This document shows positions 51,400 to 64,000 of a stretch of 64,000 nucleotides of DNA, in pieces. Position 1 is the stretch's first letter. Each line of letters starts with the position of its first letter. Origin of the DNA: Leucoraja ocellata (lineage: Eukaryota); the NCBI GenBank assembly GCA_036785375.1, contig JAWMAR010000710.1, forward strand, positions 248,001 through 312,000. Reading direction: 5' to 3'. Below the pieces are notes generated by a model. It was not told the origin of the DNA, did not search any database, and saw only the letters and a program-made list of their open reading frames with translations. The position numbers and the translations under genes were made by a program.

Positions 51400-51465
51400 A
51401 GGAAAATTGTTTCAATTCAACAGTTCAGAAAATGTCAAGAATATTTAAAGGACAGGAAAGAGGAT

Positions 51466-53438
51466 GTGAGACGCCTCGGATTTGACATTCTTGTCCTCAA
51501 AGAAACAATCAAAACTCTGCAGGCTGCCAGTATTGTCAAGGCAAAGGTGGGCCAGAAAACTTACTCCTCAACAATAAGGATGCATGTGTTTGACTGTATT
51601 GTAAATAAAACTCCCACAGCAAACATTCCAATCCTGATAAGCCAGTTCTACAAGCAGAGTGGACTTCATCTGGATCATGTTCCACAATGCAGTGCAGTTG
51701 AAGTTATGGCCCGAGAATTGGGGGTATTGCTGAGTTGCAAACAGCAGAGATGCTCCTTGCAACAAAGGGTTTGACTGTGGGTTTTGACGCAACCACCCAG
51801 GAAGAGATCCACATTAACAGCATTCATTTCACCACCACAAACAAATGTCTCTCTGCAGCAGTCAAGGAATTAGCTGGTGGGACTGCTGAGAACTATGCAC
51901 AACATATTTGTGAAACAATTGACAATTTATGTAAAACCTACACTTATTTCAATCTGCAAGCAAATTATCAAGAAACCAGACAAAATATGATCGCCAACAT
52001 TTCAAACACAATGAGCGACCGGTGTGCAGCAAATCATGCTGCTATTAGAATTGTGAGAAGTGAGTGGGGTAAATATTTGAACGAGCTCTACTGCCACTTG
52101 CATCTTCTTGACTCCATTGCTACATCAGTTCGCTCAGCCCTAAAAATGCAGAAACAATCTGGAGGACAATTCTTGTTTGGGAAAGACTGTCTAGCAGTAA
52201 ATGCCATTCTGCAGATGAGCAAGCTTCATTATAAAAATGGAAAAGGGGACCCAAAAGGATTTGTCGCATTTTTAGATGACAGGAACATCCCCCAAGGTGT
52301 CCTCCCATGGTATCGTTGCAGCATATTGCACATACTGTTTCACATTAGTGGCAAACTAATAGAACATTATGATGACTTTGTTGCCCTGCTGAATAGCGGA
52401 ATATCCTGTGGGGGGTTGAAAAGCGCCATCCTCTATGACTTCACCCAGGCTGAAGCAAAAGTAGAACTTCAGATATTGGGCTTACTTGGCAAATATCTGA
52501 CTGGGCCTTGGATGAAGTGCTTCTACACTTCAAGCCAGAATCAGATCAACCATGTTGATGGCATCAAAGTGGTAAAAGGGGTGATTGCTGCTCTAAAGGA
52601 AGCCACAGAAGATCCAGAGGAATTGATATTGGCAAGGGAAGATTTCTTCGGTGAGGAGGTATATCTTGATGCCACATTGACAAAACTTCAGGAGCTACTA
52701 GTACATCCACAGTTCAGTTCAAAGATGAGGAGCTGTCTTCAAGCTGTCATCACTGTGTTGGAGAGGCAGTATAGTAAATACTTTGAACTTGATGTTACTG
52801 AGAAACTGAAGGAGGAGACTGCATCAGCAAGATCACACAACATTGATGCGGAGGAGATAATGGGGATGTTTAGTTCATCGAAACAGAAATCTCCCATTGC
52901 CACCATGTGTTATTTGTCATGTAGGATGCGGGCCTGCAAGAATAGAACAGTCAACTTCCTTGATAATCTCGAGGAGCATCGTAGGGAGGAGGTGCTCTGT
53001 AAGGCAGTGACATGTGGGAGAGTGCAGAGGAACAGATGGAAGAAAAAACAGAAGGAATTGAGGGCAGAAATCATCAAGCGACAGAAAGGCAAGGAGCATG
53101 CTCGAGACACGAAAGAGAGGAAAAAACTAGGGAAAGAATTGAAAGAGACTGATTTAGACAGCATTCACAGAGATTATCCGAATTTGGACTATTCCAAATG
53201 TGATGATCTACACGACATTATTAGTGGGAAAGTAATTGGCAGAAAGGCATGCCATTCGTGGTTTGAAGATCAAAAACTTGTAGTTTACAATGCCAAAATT
53301 GAAAAATTGAGGAAAAACAACATGTACAGAGTTGCTTATTGGTTGCAGTCTGAGGAGTATGATGATGCTACTGATTATGATATGCCAATGTACCAGCTAG
53401 CAGCTGATCTTCTCCATAAAGACTTGGTCTTTTGCTAG
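51466..53438 (+). pseudogene. DDE transposase of the hATw-like element, frameshifted near 51735; 567-aa open C-terminal part
   Basis: FDATTQ (D), MSDR (D), CHLH (CxxH), NIDAEEIMG (E); basic NLS-like stretch RNRWKKKQK. Confidence 0.8.
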
Positions 53439-53940
53439 AAATTGTAATTTATTTACCTATCCATAACTGACACAGCATATTATACAATAATATTAAAGTT
53501 CTGATCTTGAGAATATCACATTTTTGAATTTTCAAGGCAGTCTGGTTCTGTCACATCGGTCAATTTTTTAATTAGCTACAATTAGGTAATTAGCTAAATA
53601 TATGCTTTAATTTCAGGTCATCCAAGTAAGATTGTTTAATATTTTTTTCAGAATGCTTCAATCTATGATAAGTGAAAATTTCATTCAGTTCTCTTAATTC
53701 TTAAGAAAGTTACGGGCTTTTGACTATCCAAGATCACAGCTTTTTTGTAATGTCCATAGAAAATCAATAGGGAACAAGATGCTAATTTCCGAGTATCAAA
53801 ATGGCCATAACTTTTTTAATACTTGAGATATGAAAGTGAATTTGGTGTCAAATTAAACTTGTTGTTATGCTTTATCTGATGGGATAAATTGCAGACTTGA
53901 TTTTTAAAATCCCCAAATTTTGTAACATTGCTAATTATAG

Positions 53941-54146
53941 TCTCTCCATCTCTCCCGCCCTCTCTCTCCTTCTCTCTCTCCCTCTCACTATCTCCCTCGC
54001 CCACCCTTTCCATCTCTCTCGCCCTCTTTCACTATATCGCCCTCTCTATCTCACTCGCCTTCTCTCTCAATCACTGTCGCACCCTCTATCTCCCTAACTT
54101 GCTCTCTCTCTCTCTCTAACTTGCTTTCTCTCTATCTCTATCTCTC
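53941..54146. repeat. Degenerate (CT)n microsatellite
   Basis: Pyrimidine-rich CT/CTAT runs. Confidence 0.85.
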
Positions 54147-55574
54147 GCCACAGCTCATTCCAGGGCGCCTGTGTTTTCCAGCAGCCAGGTGCTGTTTGAG
54201 GTGCTGAAATGCACGATCCATGTTACAGCAAAATATGAAAGTGTAATATTAGGGAATTGATAGCTTTCTTCTTAGATTGAATGATACAGACAGAAGACGG
54301 GGCCAACAAGTGCTGGAATCGGATAAGTGATGATAGTGCTGGTGGGAACCATTAAGGGAGAGATAAAGGGCAGATGGAACCGGATGGGGGAGGGGATCCA
54401 GTGGTGAAGTGTGTGGGTGGAGAGGAGATGGAGCCGGGAGACAGAGGGAGAGGAGAAAGGGGGCTGGAGAGGGGAGATGGGAGAGGAAACAAAAATGTGA
54501 GTATTAGAGGTGGTTCAGAAAGATGGGGAGAGTGCAACACAGAAGGTGTATGTTTCCTCAAATTAGAATATTTCATGTACATACCATTGGTTGTAAACTT
54601 TCCATGGTGGAATATAAGGTGGTATTCTTCTAAACGCCTGGCTATACTACAGTAGCCAGCAACCCAAAGGCACGAGTATTAAATTTCCTAATTTCAAGTT
54701 GTCTCAGACTGATGATCCAGTTCCCTGCATTCTCCCCTTCCTCGGCTCTTCCTTTCCCTACCACACTCTCCCTCAGCCAGATGATGCAGCTAACTCCATG
54801 TTGGTTCCCTCATTCCCTCAAGGCAATCAAGTCCTTTCTCTGAATTTCATTTCTCATTAAGTTCCTCTCCGAGTGGATCCCCACAGCCTCCAGAGCTCCA
54901 AGCTCTTTACTGTAGCTCAGCTCTCTGTTTCCATCACGTTGCCATTTCTTCTTCAACACAGTGCCTCTGCTTTTCATCAGCCACTGACCCACTTCAGTTC
55001 CCTGTGGTGATTTAAACATGGCTCCTGCATCCATGATTTGCCTCACTCATAGATTATCCCCTTCAAGGATATCATGATCTCACCCTTCCTTGAGAGATAA
55101 TATACACATCACCAGTTGTTCTTACAAGGGTCCCTAACCTCTGTCTGTTGGTATCTATGTGTGTCCTTTTGTAATTGTCAAGATCTGTGAGACCTCTGCC
55201 ACCCGACATTCAAAATAAAGGAAAAGTGATCACATTTGTTTTTATTGTGGTCACAATCCCTTAGTTGATATAGAAAGTTTACAATAACTGTACAGTAATG
55301 TCTGGCACTATGATATACTCCCTCTCTACACTTCACATCAAAAGCTAAACCCCAGTCTCACAACCATCTTGGTGGAAAGTCCACTGACAAAATGATGGGC
55401 ACTGGCAGGAGTACCCCGGTAAGAATGATGGAAATTCAGCAACCAATCTCCACAGAGAATGTTCTCACAATGTGCTAATATTCAGATTAATAACTGTTGA
55501 TTTGTGGATAAATAATGGTCAGGACGATGGCAACAATTCACCTATTGATATCTGTAGATCCACGAAATGCAGGT

Positions 55575-55870
55575 GAGTTTAGTTTAGAGATACAGCACAG
55601 AAAGAGGCCACTCGGCACACTGAGACCCAACAAACCAGCGAACCGCACACACTTATATACACACTCTAGAGGCAATTTACATTTATACCAAGCCAATTAT
55701 CCTACACATCTGTACATTTTTGGAGTGTGGAAGGAAACCAAATATCTCAGAAAAAACCCAAGCGGTCAAGTGGAGAATGTACAAATTAGGTACAGACAGC
55801 AGCAATAGTAAGGATCTAACCTGGGTCTCTGGCACTGTAAGGCAGCAACTCTACCACTGCACCATCGTGC
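55575..55870 (-). mobile_element. tRNA-derived V-SINE (HE1-like)
   Basis: Reverse complement has the GGTGCAGTGGTAGAGTTGCTGCCTTACAG head and (CTAAA) tail. Confidence 0.75.
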
Positions 55871-58808
55871 CCTTCAGAGATAGCGGGCAACATATCAGTG
55901 ATTATATAATCTTATAGATACAACCTCCAACAGTTTAGTTCTCCCTCACTTCTACACCTGAGTGAGAACTGAAATTTCATTTTTTAGTAAAATCATTATT
56001 GTTAGTTGTTATAATTCTGAAATACAAGCTGAAGGGACAGCAAATATCCCAGCAATGGTCATTTTTGTTGTTGCATCATTCATCGTCATTGTTTTTCCAC
56101 AATATCTATGGAAGCTGAATACAGATGTTGAACCAGTGTGAAGAAAACTGATTCTCACATTTAAGTAATGGCAGGAAATGCAATGCATTTAAAAGCTTGT
56201 TGTAACTATTATGTTAAGTCTGAGCAGGTTCAAAGGAGGAAAGCTACAAATTAGTTTGAAAGTCGATTCCTGAAAGCGGCCTTGGTGACATTGATGGGTT
56301 GAGAGAGTGTTGCTGATGCTATTACTTCCTGCTTGTCTTTTAGGCGACTAGATGTCCAGGTCCGGAACCAGGAAGACAATCGCAAACCAGCTGGACTTCA
56401 CTGTGATCTGTGCTGGAGCAGTGAAGTGTGTGACATTTGCTGAATATGTCTATAGCAGCGAGACAAAAGAATATAACTCCTTTCAGCATCACAGTTACTG
56501 GGGCACAGGGGTAATCAGGTAAAAATTCCCAACCAGATTTTTATTAAAATTCTTTCTGTTTTGTTCATCTGATGTTTCAAAATGTGACCTTGCATGAATT
56601 CCACAACAAAATACTTCAGGTTTTTCTAAAAATAAAACAATGTCCAGCATAATACACATAAAAGGCCCCCATTTCCCAGACTCATCATCTCAGGTGATCG
56701 CCCTTCCACAGCCTCCAACCTAATCGTCCACCAGCCCCTTACTGCCCCTTTCTATCTCCTTCTAAAACTCCGCAAACAGGGCAGCCCTGGCAGACCCATT
56801 GATTCTGCCCAATCCCTTCCCCACATAAATCATTTCCTCCTCTTGTCCAGGCCCGTCCAACCTACATCCAAGGTATCTCACAAGCTTTTCAACACTTCAA
56901 TAACTTTCAATTCCTAGGCTCTGTTGCCTCATCTTTACCACGGCCATCAGATCCATTTGATCTCCGTCTCCCACCGGGAGGGACTCAGAGTTCACCGGTT
57001 CATCCATCATCAGAGTCCCAATCACTTCCCCTCTGCCAACACTCTCCTCCATCTGGCAGAAAATGTCCTCACCCTCAACAACTTCACATTCAATTCCCCT
57101 ATTGCGAGAGTGAGGCCACACGCAAACGGGAGCAACAGCAACTCTTATTCTGCTGGAATAGCTTGCAACCCAATGATACAAACATTGAATTATCCAGTAT
57201 TTGGTCACTAACATGCGATAATCATCCTCCCCCCAAATGTCCTCTATCATTATTATATCACACACTTTTTTCATAACTTTATCTCCGGCCTTTGTCAGAT
57301 CATTTGTTAATCAACAATCCCTCCCCCCCATCCCCCCTCACCTATGTCCCCCTGTCATTAACAGGCCTTGTCACACCCCCAACTCTCTTCCAGCTTTCTC
57401 CCCCTTTTACAATCAGTCTGAAGAAAGGTGTCGACCCAAAACGTGGGCCAGGCAGCATCCTGAGATACTGCCAGACCCATCATTACTCAGCACTTTGTCT
57501 CTTTTTTGTAAATCAGTATCTGCAGTTCTTCATGTCTACAATATATTGGATGGTGACCCTTCCACGTCAGACCCCGGCAGAGTTGGTAATCCTCGTGTCT
57601 GTGTTTATGTCCACACAGCAGAGACAGTTCTACAGGGAGCTTGGGGGAGAGATGAAGAGCACAGGGTGACCAGGTTACAGAACAAGATGGTGGGAACACA
57701 TTAACCTGGAATCACAGGAGGACTGACATCTTCTTGGTGTGGGTTTTACACAATAATGAGCTGGTCTGGCACCCCAGTGATTCCCCCATGGGAATGCTGA
57801 ACGTCTCCTGACCCTCTCACTAACCCTCATACAGAACCAGCATGCTGCAAACATCAGCCCTACCCCACTCTCTGTCACATTCCTCTGTCCACCAGCTGTC
57901 TCCTTCCTCTCTTTGCATCCAATTCCAACCTTCCCTTCATTCACATTATTCCCACTATCCCTCTCCTATTCACACCCATTGGTTCCCAGCCCTTCCCTCT
58001 TCCTGGGTCCGGCTCCCAGCTGAATGCTGATCAGAAGCCCGAGTCTGGAGCAGCTGGAATCACTTCAACCTGAAGAAGAGTTCTGCCCCAAAGCATCACT
58101 TATTAATCTTCTCCAGTAATGCCCCACTGAGTTACTCTTACTAAACATATTAAATTCATTCTTTCAGTATTGTGTATCTGTCAAACAGAGATGAACAGGC
58201 AGCTGCTCCACAGGGAGACTTTCTGGAAGCTTCTCCCTGAACACTGAAGCATTTTGTACAAGAGAGATTTTTGCCATGAACTACAATTCTTCACAGGGTG
58301 CACACAGGATGTTATAATAAGCACCAATGGTATAAGTGTATATTCAATATCTTTTTTTTTTTTTTTTTTTTTGAACAGGCAGCTGCTCCACAGGGGGACT
58401 TTCTTGAAGCTTCTCCTTGAACACTGAAGCATTTTGTACAGGATGTTATAATAAGCACCAATGGTACATGTGTATACTCAATATCTAATATGTGTTATTG
58501 ACACTTACCCAAAATAACATTAAAATTGGCATTACTTGTATGAACGATTTTTCCTTTTTCCCGCACTTCACACACATACAGCTTCCCATCCTCCACTGTA
58601 ACATGTTGGATCATCAGATAGACCGTGTTATTCAGATGGATCTGATCAGTGTTGCTCGTGTTCTGCAGGGATGAGTCCATTGGTCTCCACTGAAGACTGA
58701 CTGTATCTGAGAGTCTGGAGATGGTGCAGCTGAGTGTGACATCACTGCCCAGTAGAGGGCGCTGTGGACTTGCCTCAACTGTGAAAAACAGATCAATGAG
58801 ATTCAGAG

Positions 58809-59704
58809 CAAAGGTCTTAGAGCAGAGCGAGATGGGTTACTCTCACGCAAATGTGTAGTACGCTCATGGGCAGATTCATGGGTGATTATAGGACCCATTT
58901 TAGCGACCAGTACCCGCCATCTTGTTCCGGCCAAAGATTGGATCTTTGTTTCCGCAGCAGGGATAGGGGGTGTGCGGCCCGGGGAGAGGGAGTGAGCGGC
59001 CCGGGGCAGCAGGGAGAGGGGCAGAAGAGGGTGGGGAGACATTGTAGTGTGGGGGCAGGCGAGGGAGTGCTGGGGGGGCGGGGGGGGGGGGTGGGGGGTG
59101 GGGGGGGAGAGAGTTGAGGGGTGGAATAAGGCCTAGTGTGTGTGAAGTTGCGGGGAGGTTTACAATGTTTCTTATTTAATGTCCCTTGTCTAGTCTGAAA
59201 TAAAGTTCATCATTGGATCAGAAGAAATATAATTGTGTGTGTTATATGATTATATATATTTATATCACATTCATGTATGTGTGTTTATAAACATTTTATT
59301 CTTTAACAAGAAATAACAGAATTATGAACTAACAGAATTATGAATCTAACCCTGCATCACACACAAAAACTTTCCCCGCAATGTCAACTCAATCAACTCA
59401 AACACTGCTTGTGAGCCATTTAAAAAGAAATGATTTAAAAAACATTAAAAAAGACAATTACCAGAGTCAAATTTTATTGTTGACAAGAAGTATGAACTGG
59501 CAGAATTATGAATCTAACCCTATATCACACACACAAACTGTTGCCCCGCAACATTGATTACACTGCGAGTCAGGTCGGGTCAGGTAGGCTCCGGTTACTA
59601 AAATGGGCGGTGAAAAATGCCCAGGATCCCCTCCGTAGCGTACTACACGTCAGCCCATTGTATTTCGCAGGAGTGGCCTATCTTGCTCTGCTCTAAGATC
59701 TTTG
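58809..59704. mobile_element. Non-autonomous hAT-like DNA transposon, 896 bp, 8-bp TSD
   Basis: TIRs CAAAGGTCTTAGAGCAGAGCGAGAT / CAAAGATCTTAGAGCAGAGCAAGAT; TSD ATTCAGAG at 58801-58808 and 59705-59712; single ATTCAGAG at the paralogous site near 23105. Confidence 0.9.
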
Positions 59705-60359
59705 ATTCAGAGTGAGTTGGAGTGTGGACAGTTGAATGACTGGGCTCAATCTCACCTCAGCTGAAAACCTAGACATACAGATAGAAGAACAACTTTCCCA
59801 GTGGTTTCTGACTCTTGAACCAATCATCACCTTCCTGGTGGTGCGGTCACGTGTTCTTGCTGTTATTGCAGTTTTATTTTGCATTCATTCAGACAACTCT
59901 GTAAACTCTGCACCGTTCTGCTGTGTTGCATTTATTGTATTTATGGTTTTATCCATCATTAAATTTTACTCAATGAGCTTCATGTGAACAAAGAATGTAT
60001 TTGCATCTTGGTGTTTATGTTAATCAACTCATCTGGACCTGTATCGGTCAACTCATCTGGATCTGTTACGTTGTTGCTGTTTGACACATTTTTTTTTTTT
60101 TAATCAAAATTAATTATTCAAATATTAATATAATATTTACAAGACAATAAAACACAATACAACCCACCACCATAACACAAGACAAACAATAAACTATTGT
60201 ACAACTATCTTACAGTCCTTGTCAAGGATGCAATCACCCCCCGCAGTGCCCAGCGGTCCCGGAAATCCCCCAGAGTGCCCATGGAGACTGCATGGTTCCT
60301 TTCCAAACCACTCGGGCACGGACGTAACCCCGGAAAAGGGGCAGGCAACTGGCTCAGGC

Positions 60360-60680
60360 CTGGCATCATGGCTTGGCTTGGCAACTTGAGCGCCAGAAGC
60401 GGAAAAGACTATAAAAAGTGCTAAACACTGCTCAGTCCATCATCGACTCAGACCGCCCTTCCATCGAGGGGATCTATTGCAGTCGCTGCCTCAAAAAGGC
60501 TGGCAGCATCAACAAGGACCCACACCATCCTGGCCACATACTCATCTCCACGCTACCTTCAGGTAGAAGGTACAGGAGCCTGAAGACTGCAACGTCCAGG
60601 TTCAGGAATAGCTATAATAGAATTTCATTGTCCCATCTGGGACACATGACAATAAACTCTCTTGACTTGACTCTTGACTT
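60360..60680 (+). mobile_element. Rex1/Babar 3' fragment
   Basis: KKAGSI.KDPHHPGH..LPSGRRYRS; ATGACAATAAA + (CTTGA)n tail; absent from copy 1. Confidence 0.8.
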
Positions 60681-60769
60681 GCGGATGGCCAGCTTGGCCT
60701 GGTCCTGGAGAGAAGGTAAAAACGGGCTATGCGGTGCAGGGAAACGATTGAGATGCAGGTTGTGGAAGG

Positions 60770-62310
60770 CAGACAGTCAGAAGTGATGAAATCAATAATG
60801 GTGTTAGCGGAGCTGGTCCTCACCCTCAACAACTTCTCCTTTGACTCATCCCACTTCCTCCATGCTCCAGGCATAGCTATGGGCATCCATATTGACAGCT
60901 ATGCCTGTATCTTTGTTCGGTACATTGAACAATCCCTGTCCCAGGCATACACTGGCCATATACCCAAACTCTATCTCCATTACATTGGTGACTGCGTCGG
61001 TGCTACCTCCTGCACCCATGCAGAACTCATGGACCATCATCGCCAATTTTCAGCAGGCATTCAAATTTTCTCTGAAGCCTCCCTCCCCTTTCTTGATATC
61101 ACAGTCTCCATCAGAAGAAATAGACTATTAACTGACGTCAATTACAAACCCACTGACTCCCACAACTATCTCAACTACACTTCTTCCCACCCTGCTTCCT
61201 GTAAAGAGTCTATCTCCTACTCACAATTCCTCCATATAGTCTGCACCTGCCCCAAAGATGAGTTATTTCATGCTACATAATCCAAGATGTCCTCATTCTA
61301 TACGCAATGGAGGTTCCCTTCTTCCATTATTCATGAGGCCTTCACTCATGCCTTCTTGGTACCCGGCACCTCAGCCCTTGCTCCCCCTCCTCCTAGTGAC
61401 AACAGAGACACAGTCCCCCTAGTCCTTACCTTACACCCCATCAGCCATCGTATACAACACATAATCCTCCTACAGTTCCACCACCTACAACTGGATCCCA
61501 CCACTAGCCACATTTCCCCATCTCCACAACTTTCCGCCTTCCGCAGAGAACGTTCCCTCCACTACTCCCTGGTTAACTCATCCCTTCCCACCCAAACCAC
61601 CCTCTCCCCAGATAACTTACCCTGCAACCGCAGAAGACGCAACACCAGTCGTTATACCTCCTTCCTTGACTCTGTCCAGGGACCCCGACAGTCATTCAGG
61701 TGAGGTACAGGTTTACTTGCACCTCCTCCAACCTCATCTACTGTATCTGTTGTTCAAGATGTAGACTCTTTTACATTGGCGAGACCAAAGGCAGACTGGG
61801 CGATCGTTTCACGGAACACCTTTGTTCAGCCCACATCAACCAACCTGACCTCCCGGTTGCTGGACACTTCAATTGTCCTACCCATTCCTACACAGACCCC
61901 TCTCCTCGTTCTCGTTCCCCTCTATTGTTAGAGTGAGGGTAAATGCAAATTGGAGGAACAGCATCTCATATTTCACTTGGGCAGCATACAGCCCAGTGGC
62001 ATGAATATTGATTTTTCTAACTTCAGGTAGCCCCGCATTCCCTCGCTCTCCATCCCTCCCCCACCCAAACCACATTGTCTTCTCATTTTCACCCTACAAA
62101 CAGCTTACAATGGCCTGTTTCCTTTATCATCATCACTTTTTTGTATGTTTATAATTCATTGTTCTTTATCTCTCCACATCACTGTCTATATCTCTCATTT
62201 CCCATATTCCTAACTAGTCTGAAGAAGGATGTCAACCCGAAACATCACCCATTCCTTTTCTCCAGAGATGCAGCCTGTCCCGTTGAGTTACTCCAGCTTT
62301 TTGTGTCAAT
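60770..62310 (+). mobile_element. Penelope-like element, segmental-duplicate of 23860-25335
   Basis: LTLNNFSF..GIAMG..YKPTDSHNYL..NLIYCI.C..YIGETKGRLGDRF, with the same flanks as the first copy. Confidence 0.88.
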
Positions 62311-64000
62311 TGCCAGTGCTGTGGCTTGTTGGTCACTGTTTAAATGAGGACATTTCTTTTTGCACCAAGGGAAGATTGTAATCTTAGTTGTATTGTATTG
62401 CATTTATTTTTGAAATGTTTATTATATCAATGATAATATTATACAATATATTATTTCTATTGAAGTCATTATATGGCAACTAATGATATTATAATTATTT
62501 CTATTGTTGTCTTTATAAGGCTACGAATCATATTATAATTATTGTATAAGATATTTCTGAGTTAGTCTTCTCCCATTGATTTTGGTTCCTACTGTTGTAT
62601 TGGGGATTTATTATGTGGAACGTATAAAAGTCCCCTGGTGGACATGTTGAGTTACCTGCTACTGCGATTGTCTGTGACACTAACTGTAGCCCCATTATTA
62701 CACATAGCCCTGAGTGACTGGAGTATTCACATCAACACACAGGTTTACATGTGACATTATTAACAGGGAAACTCATTATAGATCCATGTCTCACCCACTC
62801 ACCTTTGATCCCAAATATTTGATATTGTTTCAGGATTTGCTTCCTCGGCTGTGTTTTAGTCAAAGTGAAGAATCCCGCCCATTTAAATGCTTGTTTTTTA
62901 ATGTCAGTTTACAAGTACTAGCATCCACACCCACCTCCTGGTTCTTGTCTCTGTCTCTCCAGCCATCGCCCCACTGGATGGCCCAATGCTTGTCCGCTCT
63001 GCTGCCAGTTAACACTGTCTGGATTCCCTGCCCTGAGTGTGGTTCCCATTCCCAAACAATGACGTTGCTCCAGGATTTTCCGGTCCATTTAACTTAATGC
63101 TGCCTCCATTATCCACAAAATAAATCAGATTTCTCTTTTCTGTTGGAAAGAGGAGCAATGAAGGAATTTAGAACACATTTCCTCCACCCCATGTCAGCAA
63201 TTTAAGATTTTGAATTCCATTCATTTCCAGAAAGCTTTGACCTTCCTCTGAAAGACATAAAGTGCTGGAGTAATCAGCGGGTCAGGCAGCATCTCTGGGG
63301 AACATGGATAGGTTACAATTTGTGTCAGAACCCTTCATCAGACAACTGTGAATCCGAAGAAGGTTCCTTACCTGAAATGTCACTTATCCATATTCACCAG
63401 AGGTGCTGTCCGACCTGCTGAGTTACTACAGCACTTTGTTTTTTTTCATTCCCTGTGAATCATTGTCTGAGAAATAGATTGTCGGAAGTTGGATAAGGGA
63501 GTTCAGTATTACGCCTGCCCATGCCCAGGTCATAGGTCACTAGCTATAAAGTTTCGGCAACAGTGGTGCTGCATTGTGTGCAGACTTGTGTTTCGTCCGT
63601 GGTCGGGGTCGGAGTGCTCTTGTTGCTGCTGGGCCATCCCATCCACGGTGTCCCATCCGTGTCCGGAGATGTCCGGGGTGGCCTTGAGCTGGCGGTGCGG
63701 CCTTGGACTTTCAGCCGTGTGGGTGGGGGGGGGGGAATCATGGACGGTCCAGTAGCGGTTCTGCAGCGCTTGCGGTTCGGCAGCGTTGGTGGTTGCGGGG
63801 GTACGGGTTCAATCCTGGCAGCAAACGAGACGGGGTTATCCAGATGAGAGCTGGTCCAGTCTTCTCCCCCCCCCCACCCACACGGCTGAAAGCAAGATTG
63901 ACAAAAGGGTGCGGGTTTACATGGACAATATTAAATTAAAGCATGGTGATTGTGACCGGTAAAGAGAAAGCACTTACTCTGAGTTGAAACGGGTCGAAGC

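Larger units (their letters stand above)
49700..53933 (+). mobile_element. hAT-superfamily DNA transposon (hATw-like), 4234 bp
   Basis: 16-bp TIRs TAGGTATGTTACAAAA / TAGCAATGTTACAAAA; exact 7-bp TSD ATTATAG at 49693-49699 and 53934-53940. Confidence 0.88.
56026..64000 (+). repeat. Segmental duplication: 56026-56263 matches 1-428 and 56261-64000 matches ~20950-28400
   Basis: Collinear unique-sequence matches read directly, e.g. AAGCTGAAGGGACAGCAAAT at 1 and 56026, and GATTGACAAAAGGGTGCGGG at ~28293 and ~63896. Confidence 0.9.
56261..64000 (-). pseudogene. IgSF gene copy 2 (tandem paralog): leader donor ~63975, D1 62803-63139, D2 58509-58778, half of D3 56261-56449
   Basis: Exons and introns align with 20950-28400. 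D1 has two 1-nt deletions, D2 is intact, and D3 has a 19-nt deletion and is fused to 3' flank sequence. Confidence 0.85.

Noticed and set aside
51735-53438. Host or domesticated gene (longest ORF in the window)
   Set aside because: Enclosed by TIRs and a TSD, with an upstream frameshift; it is a transposase relic.

Overview
Vertebrate genomic DNA, most likely from a cartilaginous fish (skate/ray type; inferred from HE1-like V-SINEs and abundant CR1, Rex/Babar and Penelope repeats). The core is an immunoglobulin-superfamily gene cluster. Copy 1 (minus strand, about 28.5 kb to 5.4 kb) can be spliced by hand through canonical GT-AG phase-1 introns into a leader plus eight Ig domains arranged (V*-C2-V-C2)x2, at least 841 aa. 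This looks like a doubled CD4/LAG-3/G6F-like four-domain cassette; no in-frame transmembrane exon was found. Copy 2 (minus, 56-64 kb) is a frameshifted tandem paralog that has lost everything from mid-domain 3 to the 3' flank at a 3-bp microhomology junction. Copy 3 (plus, 41-46 kb) is an inverted pseudogene fragment. The rest is nested mobile DNA: a DIRS element inside a CR1 LINE, an L1 with an intact 5' end and no 3' end, a 4.2-kb hATw-like transposon (7-bp TSD) carrying a ~580-bp hairpin, Rex/Babar LINEs and non-coding elements sharing their 3' tail, Penelope elements with hammerhead-like motifs, a Gmr1-like Gypsy end, and Harbinger/hAT MITEs. Family names come from motif recognition only; no database search was run.
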